Origin: Candidatus Woesearchaeota archaeon
Lineage (GTDB): Archaea > Nanobdellota > Nanobdellia > Pacearchaeales > GW2011-AR1
Direction of reading: 5' to 3'
NCBI GenBank assembly: GCA_964612685.1
Contig: CAZTCF010000001.1
Location: forward strand, 19,399 to 83,398
DNA length: 64,000 nt
This document shows, piece by piece, positions 54,343 through 63,567 of this stretch. The position numbers were made by a program, and so were the translations under genes. Each line of letters opens with the position of its first letter. Positions within the stretch are counted from its first letter, which is position 1. The notes under the pieces are model-generated. The model was not told where the DNA came from and ran no database searches. It was given only the letters and a program-made list of their open reading frames with translations.

Positions 54343-56253
54343 TTATTTATATCCTTCCGGATAATAATACTCTTCATCGTTTTTGTTAGGGTTATTTACT
54401 GGCTTATTTTGATTTCTAAATGCCCCCATCTGATTTGAAGCATGGTTCTGTTCTTTTTTTGAAGGGTGGCTGGGGTGTTGTTTATAGATTTCATTTTGTA
54501 CTTTTGGATACTCTTTTATGTTTTCATCTTTTATTTTATATTTTTCTTTTGATAAAATTATTATTAATATAATTATACTTGCTATTCCAAATATAACTCC
54601 CAATATTATCCAAATCCAATTGTTTTTTCTTTCACAAATTTGTGTAGTGTCTGGCATACTTCCCTCTCTTCCACAGTTGTTTAAATCTTCACAAGTTCTT
54701 GTTCTTTTTTCAGATTTTGGACATTTTTCTGGAAGGAATTCTGTGCATTCCCAATCAGGGATACAAATTGGACAGGTTTTATATTCAAGAGGTCTTGTTG
54801 ATTCATTGTTGCAGTTATTCAAATCGCTGCATTCCCTATAACCGCATTCTTTTGCTAAATCAGTCCAATCAGTACAAGTCCAGTTTTGTATACAAGGCTC
54901 TTCTGGAGGAGACATTTCTATGACTGCAGAATGTTTTAATCCCGTTACCACAAATTTATCTAAATATTTTTTACAGGTTAAATTTGTTAAATTGGTGTTT
55001 AGGCTGCCTGGACATTTAAGGAGATATTCATCCGTTAGATTACATGTGGGGCTTATTTCATTAATTGAATCTATTTCTTTATCTTTTACACATACTTCTT
55101 CGGACTTGTTATTTAATCTATCAATAGTTATATTTTTTGTGTAATTTAATCCATTGATTATTACGTAGCCTCTGCTTGAGTTGACTTCTTGTTTTTTTAG
55201 TATTATTTTTGTCCAGTCGATGTCTTCTTCTGTGAAGTTTATCTCTGTTTCTATAATGGTTTGATTATTTTGAGTTATTTCTACTTTTTGAATCCCTGAA
55301 TGGGGTTCAGAGAAAATATCCAATTCTTCAGACATTTTTAATCTAGAGTTGTTTATTTCTACCGTTAAATTGTTTAGGGAGGTGTTTATTGGAGATGTCC
55401 AGTTTCCGAATCTTTTTTCTAATTCCTTTGAGTTTAAAATTGAGGCATCCATATAAGTATACATATTTATGCTGTAGTTTTGAAAAACTATCCCTGTCTT
55501 TGCAATTACTCCCCTCGGATCAATCGATTCACCAAAGATTGTTATATTGCCAATAGTTTCGTTTTCAACAAAACCAAATATATTTACATTTGCACCTTCA
55601 AAATCACTTTGCTCCTCTTTTGTCCAATTTGAAGAGGATATTTTGAAGACAGATTCAAATTCTGATTTTGCTTCCTCAGTCGTATTTATATTCCTCTGTA
55701 TTGTATTATTTTCTAGAAATTCTTCCATTACAAATATCTTTCCATCTTCTGCATAGTTTTCAGAGGTTAATTTTTCTGTTAAGTTTGCTATTGCTTCTGG
55801 AGTATATTCTGCATCTATAGCAATAACAGCCTTCATATCCATAATAAACCATACATCTGTTCCAAAGATTATTTTTACATTACTTCCATTTATACGATAT
55901 GCATTGTATATTGGGCATCCCTCATTAAAAAACAGGTTCCAAAGCTCAATATCCTCTTCCGAAAGATTTGTTTCATTATATAAATCATTTATCCTTGATA
56001 AAGTAATATTTTCAGAACTTCCTTTGAAGATAAATTCCCAAGCTTTTTTTATACTCTCATTTGAGCAATTTTCTGGAGTTGTTGGAGTTTCAATTACTTT
56101 GGTTGTTGGAGAGAGATTTTTTAAAAGAATAAAAAAAACTATTAGCACTAGGATTATTATTGCAAGAGTTATAATTATCTTTTTGTTTGGATTGGAATTT
56201 TTCTTAGGAGAATTAATATGATTTATTTTTTTAACTTTTTTCCCTCTTTTCAT
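54343..56253 (-). CDS. large extracellular protein with N-terminal signal anchor, C-terminal TM anchor, many N-x-S/T sequons and two Cys/Trp modules
   Basis: 636-aa ORF with CIQNWTCTDWTDLAKECGYRECSDLNNC, CIPDWECTEF...RTCEDLNNCG, and the TM helix WIWIILGVIFGIASIIILIIIL. Confidence 0.6.
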   Translation of the reverse strand: MKRGKKVKKINHINSPKKNSNPNKKIIITLAIIILVLIVFFILLKNLSPTTKVIETPTTPENCSNESIKKAWEFIFKGSSENITLSRINDLYNETNLSEEDIELWNLFFNEGCPIYNAYRINGSNVKIIFGTDVWFIMDMKAVIAIDAEYTPEAIANLTEKLTSENYAEDGKIFVMEEFLENNTIQRNINTTEEAKSEFESVFKISSSNWTKEEQSDFEGANVNIFGFVENETIGNITIFGESIDPRGVIAKTGIVFQNYSINMYTYMDASILNSKELEKRFGNWTSPINTSLNNLTVEINNSRLKMSEELDIFSEPHSGIQKVEITQNNQTIIETEINFTEEDIDWTKIILKKQEVNSSRGYVIINGLNYTKNITIDRLNNKSEEVCVKDKEIDSINEISPTCNLTDEYLLKCPGSLNTNLTNLTCKKYLDKFVVTGLKHSAVIEMSPPEEPCIQNWTCTDWTDLAKECGYRECSDLNNCNNESTRPLEYKTCPICIPDWECTEFLPEKCPKSEKRTRTCEDLNNCGREGSMPDTTQICERKNNWIWIILGVIFGIASIIILIIILSKEKYKIKDENIKEYPKVQNEIYKQHPSHPSKKEQNHASNQMGAFRNQNKPVNNPNKNDEEYYYPEGYK

Positions 56254-56294
56254 TTTAATCTTAGGATAAGGTATTTTAAAAGCTTATTTGTGTT

Positions 56295-58007
56295 TTATCT
56301 TTTTCTTTGATTTTCAACATCTCTTTCAACGTCTTCTAAACTAGCAATTTCTGAAAGAGGTTTGTCTGGTCGTAGAGCGGTTATCCTTGGAAATCTTAAA
56401 GCCCATCCTGAACTATAGTTTGGAGATTGTTGTATCTCTTGGTATGTGATTGCTACTACTATTTTTGGACTTATTTTTACATCTTTTCCTTCTTCTTTAA
56501 TGATAAGAGGTTTAAGTAAATCATTTAGTTCATTAAAAGATACTCCTTCTTGTTCATCTTTTTCTTTAATGCCTGTTCCTACTTTTCCGATCTCTAGATA
56601 TTTCCCCTCTTCTTTTCCTTTACAAGATAGTGTAAAACTACTCAGCCAACCACTCCTTTTTCCTGTTCCATACTCTGCACCCGTTATCACTAAATCTAAA
56701 TCTTTTTCAGAAGGTTTTACTTTTAGCATGTGCCCTACCCGATTGCCTGGTTGATAAACTGCTGAAAGATTTTTCATCATTACCCCTTCTTGATTGTCTT
56801 TTAATGCTTTCTTATAAAATTCTTCTGCCTTCTTTAGATTATCAGTTATTATTTGCTTTGAGGATATTATTTTGTAAGGAGTTTCTTTTATTATTTTTCT
56901 TATTAATTGAGCACGTTTTTCAAAAGGTTCTTTTATTAGCGATTTTCCATTATAATGTAAGATATCAAATACGTTTATTTCAATAGGAAGTTCCTCTCTT
57001 ACTTTTTCAATATCATACTTTCTTCTTATTCTTTGAGAAATTGCTTGAAAGGGAGTATATTCTTTTGTTTTCTTGTTATATCCAATTGCTTCGCTGTCTA
57101 GTATAAATGAATCTCCTTTTACATATTTTTGTACGTATTCAATAACTTCTGGAAATTGTTTTGTTACATTTTCGAGACTTCTTGTGAATAATTTTATCTC
57201 AGAATCTCTTTTGTGTATTATCAATCTGAATCCATCATATTTGTATTCAATTGCACAGGGTATTCCAACTGCCTTAAAACCCTCCTCAATATTTTTTGCT
57301 TTTTGTGCTAGCATAGCTTTTATTGGTTTTCCTACTTGCATTTCTATTTTTTCAAATTCACTTATTTTTCCTTTTCTTGCTACAAGAAATATATCGGCTA
57401 TATCGTTTAGATTATCAATTGCCTCTTGTATTATTTTAGAAGATTCTTTATCTGAGTTAAAGAATGCCTTTGAAAGGGATTCACGTATTGTTGATTCTTG
57501 AATTCCTATTCTTAAATCTCCGATTAAAGTTCTTGTTAAATAAAGTGCTTCTAGAGGAGAAGCGGAAGTTAATAATTCTGTAATTAAATTTATTTTTTTA
57601 TCTACTGTTCCCTCTCCTTCTAATTCTGGGAGTTTTCTTAAATTCTCAAGTACTTTTTCAGTTGTTAAATGCGACTTAGAAAATAACATTGATTGTTTTT
57701 TAGAATGGATTAATTTTTCAGCAACTTTCCCTAAATCTCCAACTTTTTTCCATTCTTGCATTACTTTCTCTGAAGACACCCCCGAGGCTTTTGAAATTGC
57801 TTTTATTGCAAGCTGGTTGCTTATTCCTATTTTTCTTTCATCATAGTTTGGATATATTTCTCCATTTAAGAGATATAATACATCTTTATCTTTTTCATTA
57901 AGGTATTCTAAAAACTTCGATAAAATATCTATTTTTTCAAGTCTTTTGGTTGTTTTTCCAAGAGCATCATAAGTTTCTGCAAGTTTTAAGTATAACATAA
58001 CATACAA
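56295..58007 (-). CDS. lig: ATP-dependent DNA ligase
   Basis: Adenylation motif AIEYKYDGFRLIIH, EGVMMK, LKVK. 570 aa; the start may be the ATG 9 nt downstream. Confidence 0.92.
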   Translation of the reverse strand: MYVMLYLKLAETYDALGKTTKRLEKIDILSKFLEYLNEKDKDVLYLLNGEIYPNYDERKIGISNQLAIKAISKASGVSSEKVMQEWKKVGDLGKVAEKLIHSKKQSMLFSKSHLTTEKVLENLRKLPELEGEGTVDKKINLITELLTSASPLEALYLTRTLIGDLRIGIQESTIRESLSKAFFNSDKESSKIIQEAIDNLNDIADIFLVARKGKISEFEKIEMQVGKPIKAMLAQKAKNIEEGFKAVGIPCAIEYKYDGFRLIIHKRDSEIKLFTRSLENVTKQFPEVIEYVQKYVKGDSFILDSEAIGYNKKTKEYTPFQAISQRIRRKYDIEKVREELPIEINVFDILHYNGKSLIKEPFEKRAQLIRKIIKETPYKIISSKQIITDNLKKAEEFYKKALKDNQEGVMMKNLSAVYQPGNRVGHMLKVKPSEKDLDLVITGAEYGTGKRSGWLSSFTLSCKGKEEGKYLEIGKVGTGIKEKDEQEGVSFNELNDLLKPLIIKEEGKDVKISPKIVVAITYQEIQQSPNYSSGWALRFPRITALRPDKPLSEIASLEDVERDVENQRKR

Positions 58008-58036
58008 TAGAAGAAGAAGTTTTTAATTATTCTCAT

Positions 58037-58405
58037 TTATTCTTCTTTGCTTTTCCATAGCCCGTGTAAATTACAATATATCCTTGAACTTACTGGTTTA
58101 AAAGAAAATTTAGCTTCGGGTTTTGAATCTGGGTTAAGGTATATCTTTGCTATTTCTCCGGTTTCAGAAGTAGCTTCAATCCATTCAATATAATGTTCTG
58201 CACTCATTGGGTGTTTTTCTGATCCAACTTCTACGGTTTTACCGTTAATTACTGGAACGTGTTTTTCTAGAGAGGCATCAACAGTATTTTCTTTTTCCAA
58301 TTTCATAGGTTGACCGCAACAAATAAGCACTCCTCCGCCCCCATGTACAACTTCTACAATGTTTCCGCAAACATCACATTTGTAAATTTCTGTTTTTTCA
58401 ATCAT
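58037..58405 (-). CDS. dfx: desulfoferrodoxin (2Fe superoxide reductase)
   Basis: N-terminal CDVCGN...CCG desulforedoxin-like site and C-terminal EKHVP...HPM..EHYIEWI...CNLHGLW. Confidence 0.88.
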   Translation of the reverse strand: MIEKTEIYKCDVCGNIVEVVHGGGGVLICCGQPMKLEKENTVDASLEKHVPVINGKTVEVGSEKHPMSAEHYIEWIEATSETGEIAKIYLNPDSKPEAKFSFKPVSSRIYCNLHGLWKSKEE

Positions 58406-58418
58406 TTTATATTATTTC

Positions 58419-59000
58419 TTAGTAATTTTCTTGAAGTATTTCATAATAAGATTGGGGATGCTTGCAAGCAGGACATTCGTCTGGAGCTTCTTCTCCCTCA
58501 TGAACATAACCACAGTTTCTGCATTTCCATTTAACAACTTTATCTTTTTTAAAAACACTTTTTTCTTGAATATTTTCAAGCAGTTTTCTGTATCTTTTCT
58601 CGTGTTCTTCTTCAACTTCTGCTATCTCATGAAAAGATTCTGCTACTTCTTTGAATCCCTCTTTTCTTGCAACTTTTTCAAATTCTGGATATAACTCACC
58701 CCATTCTTCTTTTTCTCCATTTGCTGCTGCGAGAAGATTTTCTTTCGTTGTTCCTATCTTTCCTGCAGGGTAGCTTGCAGTTATTTCAACTGGAAGTCCT
58801 TCAGATTTTTCTAAGTGTTTAAAGAATATCTTTGCATGCTCTTTTTCATTATCTGCAGTTTCCGTAAATATTGCTGAGATTTGTTCATATCCTTCCTTTT
58901 TTGCAACAGATGCAAAATAAGTATATCTCATCCTAGCTTGGCTTTCGCCTGCAAATGCTTTTAGGAGGTTTTTTTCAGTTTCGCTTCCCTTTATTTCCAT
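58419..59000 (-). CDS. rbr: rubrerythrin
   Basis: Ferritin-like ExxH pairs (EKEHAKIF, EEEHEKRY) and the C-terminal rubredoxin CRNCG...CPACK. Confidence 0.9.
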   Translation of the reverse strand: MEIKGSETEKNLLKAFAGESQARMRYTYFASVAKKEGYEQISAIFTETADNEKEHAKIFFKHLEKSEGLPVEITASYPAGKIGTTKENLLAAANGEKEEWGELYPEFEKVARKEGFKEVAESFHEIAEVEEEHEKRYRKLLENIQEKSVFKKDKVVKWKCRNCGYVHEGEEAPDECPACKHPQSYYEILQENY

Positions 59001-59047
59001 AATTATAGGATACCCTATGGGGTTTAAATATATTTTGGGGGTTTAGT

Positions 59048-59350
59048 TTATTTCCTTTTAGCTAATATCTTATTAATCTTTTTTTGGTTTAATATCTCAT
59101 AAGTTCCAGTCCATCCCTCTATCACATCTTTACCTTTTGTATCTCCTATTGCTAAGATATTTTCTCTTTTTACAAACTCGGATAAAGAATGATGTCCGTA
59201 TAGGAAATGGACCAGTACTTCTCTTATTTCTCCTTTTTCTTTATATATCTCGGTTATATTATCTACAATTATTTCGTCTGGTTCTCCCCCGTGGTAGTTA
59301 AAACCAAATGCAATGTAATCTCCATTTGTTAGTTTATCTATTGATTTCAT
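59048..59350 (-). CDS. hypothetical protein
   Basis: 100-aa ORF. Confidence 0.4.
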   Translation of the reverse strand: MKSIDKLTNGDYIAFGFNYHGGEPDEIIVDNITEIYKEKGEIREVLVHFLYGHHSLSEFVKRENILAIGDTKGKDVIEGWTGTYEILNQKKINKILAKRK

Positions 59351-59397
59351 ATTTTTTTGTGGGGTAAACTATTTTTAAGAATTATTGTGCTAAATGT

Positions 59398-60003
59398 TTA
59401 TTTTAAAGGCTTAACATATCTTCTTCCAGAATTGGGTATTGGTTTTTGCCCAGCTCTTCTGCTCGGTCTGTTTTTGTTTGTTGGATCCTTGCTTCTTAAT
59501 CCTCTTGATTTTTTAGCTGAACTTGTTAGTCCTCTAAATACTCTATTTCTATTTGAACCCTTTGCTGTCCAATTTATTGTTTTATCATTTTTTATTTCTG
59601 GTCTTTCAGGGTCGACACAAATTACTTCGTAGAAATAATTTATTCCATCCTTTCCAACTTCATATGAGTTTAATACTTCAAGATTTTTGTGTTTAGCTGC
59701 AACTCTTTGTTCAGCAATCCATTTGTAAGACATTTTCAAGTTTTTTCTAGTATGCATTCTTTTTCCTCTTCTTCCTTTTATAGGTCTAGGACGTTTATGT
59801 CCTCCTCTTTTTACTCTAACTCTTATTATTGTGAATCCTGTTTTGTCTTTATATCCCAAAGCTCTTGCTCTATCTAATCTTAAAGGCTTTTCAACATTTA
59901 TCTGTGTTGGTTGTGCTCTCCATTCTTCCATTCTTTTTGAAAGAACTTTTGAGTCAGGTTTTTTCCAAGCTTCTTTTATATAGTGATACATTCCCTTTGC
60001 CAT
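59398..60003 (-). CDS. rpl15e: 50S ribosomal protein L15e
   Basis: MAKGMYHYIKEAWKKP...RLDRARALGYK...RVRVKRGG. Confidence 0.92.
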   Translation of the reverse strand: MAKGMYHYIKEAWKKPDSKVLSKRMEEWRAQPTQINVEKPLRLDRARALGYKDKTGFTIIRVRVKRGGHKRPRPIKGRRGKRMHTRKNLKMSYKWIAEQRVAAKHKNLEVLNSYEVGKDGINYFYEVICVDPERPEIKNDKTINWTAKGSNRNRVFRGLTSSAKKSRGLRSKDPTNKNRPSRRAGQKPIPNSGRRYVKPLK

Positions 60004-60105
60004 GTTTATTTTAGAAAAAGTTCATTTAAAAAGCTTGAGGTTGTTAAGATTTGGACCATTAAATTTCTCAGAATAATTTATAAAGTTCATTGATTTTTTT
60101 AAGTT

Positions 60106-60627
60106 ATGAAAAAGAGTGTTAATAAAAAAACTAAAGTTGAAAATAAAGAGATTAAAAAAGCAATTAATCTGAATTTTATCAAATTATCTAAGGATGCTGA
60201 AGCTCCAGAATATGCTTTAGAGAGTGATGCAGGTTTTGATTTGAAAGCTCTTGAGAATGTTAGCATATTCCCTTTTGATCAGAAAAAAGTAAGTACAGGG
60301 ATTGCTGTAGAAATTCCAGATGGGTATGTGGGGATTGTTAGAGATAGAGCCGGAATTGTACAAAAGATGAATGTTCATACCGTTGCTGGAACATTCGATA
60401 GTGGTTTTAGAGGAGAAGTCTCTATTATCTTAGTTAATATGAATGATAAAAGTATTGAGATTGAAAAGGGTATGAGGATAGCTCAGATAATTTTAGTTCC
60501 CATAGTTAAGGCTAAGATAACTGAGGTCAAGAAACTTTCCGAGACGAATAGAGGAGAGAAAGGTTTTGGTTCTACTGGAATGAAAGAGATTATAAGAGAA
60601 TTGAACAAGATTTCTAAAATTAAATAA
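60106..60627 (+). CDS. dut: dUTP diphosphatase (trimeric Dut type)
   Basis: SDAGFDL, GIVRDRAG, FDSGFRGE, ERGEKGFGSTG. Confidence 0.85.
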   Translation: MKKSVNKKTKVENKEIKKAINLNFIKLSKDAEAPEYALESDAGFDLKALENVSIFPFDQKKVSTGIAVEIPDGYVGIVRDRAGIVQKMNVHTVAGTFDSGFRGEVSIILVNMNDKSIEIEKGMRIAQIILVPIVKAKITEVKKLSETNRGEKGFGSTGMKEIIRELNKISKIK

Positions 60628-60705
60628 AATTTTTAATTGGAGCAATGTAAGGACACCAGGGTTTCCCTGATAATCAACATTCTTTTTAATTAGTCCAAAA
60701 TTAAA

Positions 60706-60780
60706 TGAGGCTGCACAGATTTGAACTGTGGACCCCGGCCTTATCAGAGCCGTGCTCTAGCCAGACTGAGCTACAGCCTC
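60706..60780 (-). tRNA. tRNA-Ile(GAT)
   Basis: Minus strand: GAGGCTG TA GCTC AGTCTGGCTA GAGC A CGGCT CTGATAA GGCCG GGGTC CACAG TTCAAAT CTGTG CAGCCTC A. Confidence 0.9.
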
Positions 60781-60791
60781 ATTGTTGTTTT

Positions 60792-60853
60792 TGAGACATT
60801 CTTCTCAGGATGGCTTGTTCGTTAGAACTCTAGCCAGACTGAGCTACAGCCTC
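60792..60853 (-). other. tRNA-like leader element: exact copy of the first 26 nt of tRNA-Ile (plus 7 nt of upstream flank) followed by a GTTC-TAAC-GAAC hairpin
   Basis: Plus-strand 60828-60860 is identical to 60755-60787 (33 nt). On the minus strand TGGCT pairs with AGCCA, CTCAG pairs with CTGAG, and ATGTCTC+A pairs 5/7 with GAGGCTG. Confidence 0.6.
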
Positions 60854-60915
60854 ATTGTTGGAATTAATTGAACAATTCAACAGAAAAAAGCATATTAGAA
60901 TCTTTATAAAAGTTA

Positions 60916-61599
60916 TTAATTCCCTTTAAATTCAAGAATTAATAATTCGTCAGATAAACTATATCCTACTATGGGTAAATTAATTGGGATTGATTTTGAG
61001 TATGCTTTATCTGAGGAAATTGCTTTCATTTCTATGCTACTTTCTAGAGGAGTAATTGAAACATCCTCTATAGATTTAACTCCTGGAACTTCAATTTCAT
61101 AGCTTATTTTGTCTGCAATTCTTTTGAGCTCGGTTTTAGGTTGTTTCTTTGGAAGTTTAGAGAATTTTCTTATTTGATCTTCTGAGAATTTTCTAAATTT
61201 AGCAGGTTTCTCTTTTTCTCTTTTTTCCAGATTTCCATTTTGAGGAATACTTTTGTTAAGGTCTATTTCCTTACCATTTATCATTAATCTTATTTTAGTT
61301 TTTGGAAAATTATTACTCTGGTTTTGAGAATTATTTCTTTCTTCTTGCATCCCCTTTTGCATTTCTTTTTCTAGCATTCTCATTGTGTTTGAAAGCATTT
61401 TATTCATAAATGTTCCACTTATTCCTCCAAACATTGAATTGGATAGCGCTTCAAATTCATTTATAGAATCATTTTCTCCAAGCATCCCTAATTCTTCTTT
61501 TCCCTTACTTTTCTTTAAGGGGGTTCCACAATGAGGGCAAAAGCTATTGCTTTTGTTGGTTTTTCTTCCACATCTTTGACAGGTTTTTTTTGAGAACAT
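60916..61599 (-). CDS. zinc-ribbon protein with C-terminal Hsp20/alpha-crystallin-like domain (tentative)
   Basis: N-terminal CQRCG...CPHCG. The C-terminal YEIEVPGVKSIEDVSITPLESSIEMKAIS...IPINLP...DELLILEFKG resembles an ACD. Confidence 0.45.
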   Translation of the reverse strand: MFSKKTCQRCGRKTNKSNSFCPHCGTPLKKSKGKEELGMLGENDSINEFEALSNSMFGGISGTFMNKMLSNTMRMLEKEMQKGMQEERNNSQNQSNNFPKTKIRLMINGKEIDLNKSIPQNGNLEKREKEKPAKFRKFSEDQIRKFSKLPKKQPKTELKRIADKISYEIEVPGVKSIEDVSITPLESSIEMKAISSDKAYSKSIPINLPIVGYSLSDELLILEFKGN

Positions 61600-61699
61600 T
61601 TTAATTTTATAGGGGTCCTATTTTAAAAGGTTTGTGTATCCTGATTTTGAATATATTCTCAAATATAATAAATATTATATATAAAAATTATTTCAAATA

Positions 61700-62062
61700 T
61701 TGATGGCAGATGGCTATGAAGATTATAAAGAAAGGCAGGTAAGGTATAATTATAGAAAGTCTAAAGATAATTTGGATTGTAATGAATGGTGGTTTTTGGT
61801 GGTTAATCAAAACAGAGAGATTGAAGAAATACAGAATAGGATTTTTAATTTATTTGCTCCAATAGTAGAAGGTCCAAATTTTATAGAGGGGAGGGTTTCG
61901 GGAGAGGGTTTAAGGTACAAGTTGGTTAATTTCGAATCTAGTAAAAGGGTTGAGGATTACAAGATTAGGGAGATATATAAGAGGGTTGTAAGAGATAACA
62001 AGTTGTACTCAAGAGACAAGAGAAGCAGTCTTGAAATTTATCTTGATGAGAAATTCAAATAA
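61700..62062 (+). CDS. hypothetical protein
   Basis: 120-aa ORF. Confidence 0.4.
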   Translation: MMADGYEDYKERQVRYNYRKSKDNLDCNEWWFLVVNQNREIEEIQNRIFNLFAPIVEGPNFIEGRVSGEGLRYKLVNFESSKRVEDYKIREIYKRVVRDNKLYSRDKRSSLEIYLDEKFK

Positions 62063-62096
62063 GTAACTTTTTATATTGGTTTTTTATAGTTTTTAT

Positions 62097-63518
62097 ATGG
62101 CAAAAAAATATTATATTACCACTGCAATTGATTATGTTAATGCAAGACCTCATATTGGACATGCATTTGAGAAAACACTAGCTGATGCTTTGGCAAGATA
62201 TCATAGATTGAAAGGAGAAGATGTTTTCTTTTTAACTGGTGTTGATGAAAATGCTCAAAAAAATGTTCAAGCTGCAGAAAAGGAGGGGGTTAATGTTAAG
62301 GAATTTGTTGATAGAAATACAGGATTTTTCTTGGATCTATGTGCCAAACTTAATATAAGCCAAGATGAGTTTGTTAGAACAAGTGCAAAGGAACATTCAG
62401 TTGTTGTTCAGAAGATAGTCAAGAAAATAATTGACAATGGAGACATTTACTTAGGAAAATATGAGGGGCATTATTGTACTGGATGCGAAGAATATAAAAC
62501 AGAGAAAGATTTGGTAGATGGTAAATGTCCAGAGCATAATAGAGAGCCAGAATTCAGGAAGGAGGAGGCCTATTTTTTTAGGCTAAGCAAGTACCGAGAT
62601 AAATTGTTGAAGATAATTCCAAAATATGTAATTCCCGAAGAAAGAAAAAATGAAATAATTAAGAGGGTAGAAGAAGGGCTTAATGATCTTTGTGTAAGTA
62701 GAAAAAGTGTTGATTGGGGAATTAGTTTTCCTGACGATAAAAATTTCAAAGTTTATGTTTGGGTTGATGCTTTGATAAATTATATTTCCGGTTTGAAAGA
62801 TAAAGATAAAAAATATTGGCCTGCAGATGTTCATATTATTGGAAAAGGGATTAATTGGTTTCACTCTGTTATATGGCCTGCTTTGCTTTTATCTGCAGGA
62901 TATAAATTACCCGAAAAACTTTTGGTCCATGGATATTTAAGCTTGGGAGGGAAAAAAATAAGTAAGAGTTTGGGTAATGTAATCGATCCTCTCGAACTTT
63001 TAGAAAAATACAGTTCTGATTCAGTAAGGTATTCTTTATTGAGGTGTTCTGTTTTTGATGATTCAGATTATTCAGAAGAAATTTTAATTGAAAGACACAA
63101 CAATGAGCTTGCAAATAAACTTGGAAATTTAATTTCAAGAGTATCTAGTTTGATAGAGAAAAATGGTATTGAAAAATGTGAAAATAAACTTTTGAAAAAG
63201 TTAAAGTTAAAGGAGATAGAAGAGTTATTTGAGAACTTTGAATTTGATAAATCGCTTGGTGAAATATTTGCATTTGTGGATATATGTAATGAATATGTTC
63301 AAGATAAAAAACCTTGGGAAACTAAAGATAAAAAAGTTTTGTATGAATTAGCCGATTCTATAAAAGCTATTGCAATCTTACTTTATCCTTTTATTCCTTC
63401 CAGCTCAGAGAAGATAGCAAAACAATTTGGGTTTAAGATTTTATTTAAGAATATAAACATTCCTCTTAGTGAAAAAAACAGGATAAAAAAGGGAGAGATA
63501 TTGTTTAATAAACTTTGA
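62097..63518 (+). CDS. metG: methionyl-tRNA synthetase (short form without C-terminal appended domain)
   Basis: YITTAIDYVNARPHIGHAFE (HIGH), a zinc knuckle CTGC...CPEH, and KISKSLGN (KMSKS). ATG at 62097. Confidence 0.9.
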   Translation: MAKKYYITTAIDYVNARPHIGHAFEKTLADALARYHRLKGEDVFFLTGVDENAQKNVQAAEKEGVNVKEFVDRNTGFFLDLCAKLNISQDEFVRTSAKEHSVVVQKIVKKIIDNGDIYLGKYEGHYCTGCEEYKTEKDLVDGKCPEHNREPEFRKEEAYFFRLSKYRDKLLKIIPKYVIPEERKNEIIKRVEEGLNDLCVSRKSVDWGISFPDDKNFKVYVWVDALINYISGLKDKDKKYWPADVHIIGKGINWFHSVIWPALLLSAGYKLPEKLLVHGYLSLGGKKISKSLGNVIDPLELLEKYSSDSVRYSLLRCSVFDDSDYSEEILIERHNNELANKLGNLISRVSSLIEKNGIEKCENKLLKKLKLKEIEELFENFEFDKSLGEIFAFVDICNEYVQDKKPWETKDKKVLYELADSIKAIAILLYPFIPSSSEKIAKQFGFKILFKNINIPLSEKNRIKKGEILFNKL

Positions 63519-63567
63519 TTTTCCTTTTTAACAAAAAGTATTTAAATATTTTTAACTTCATTTATTG

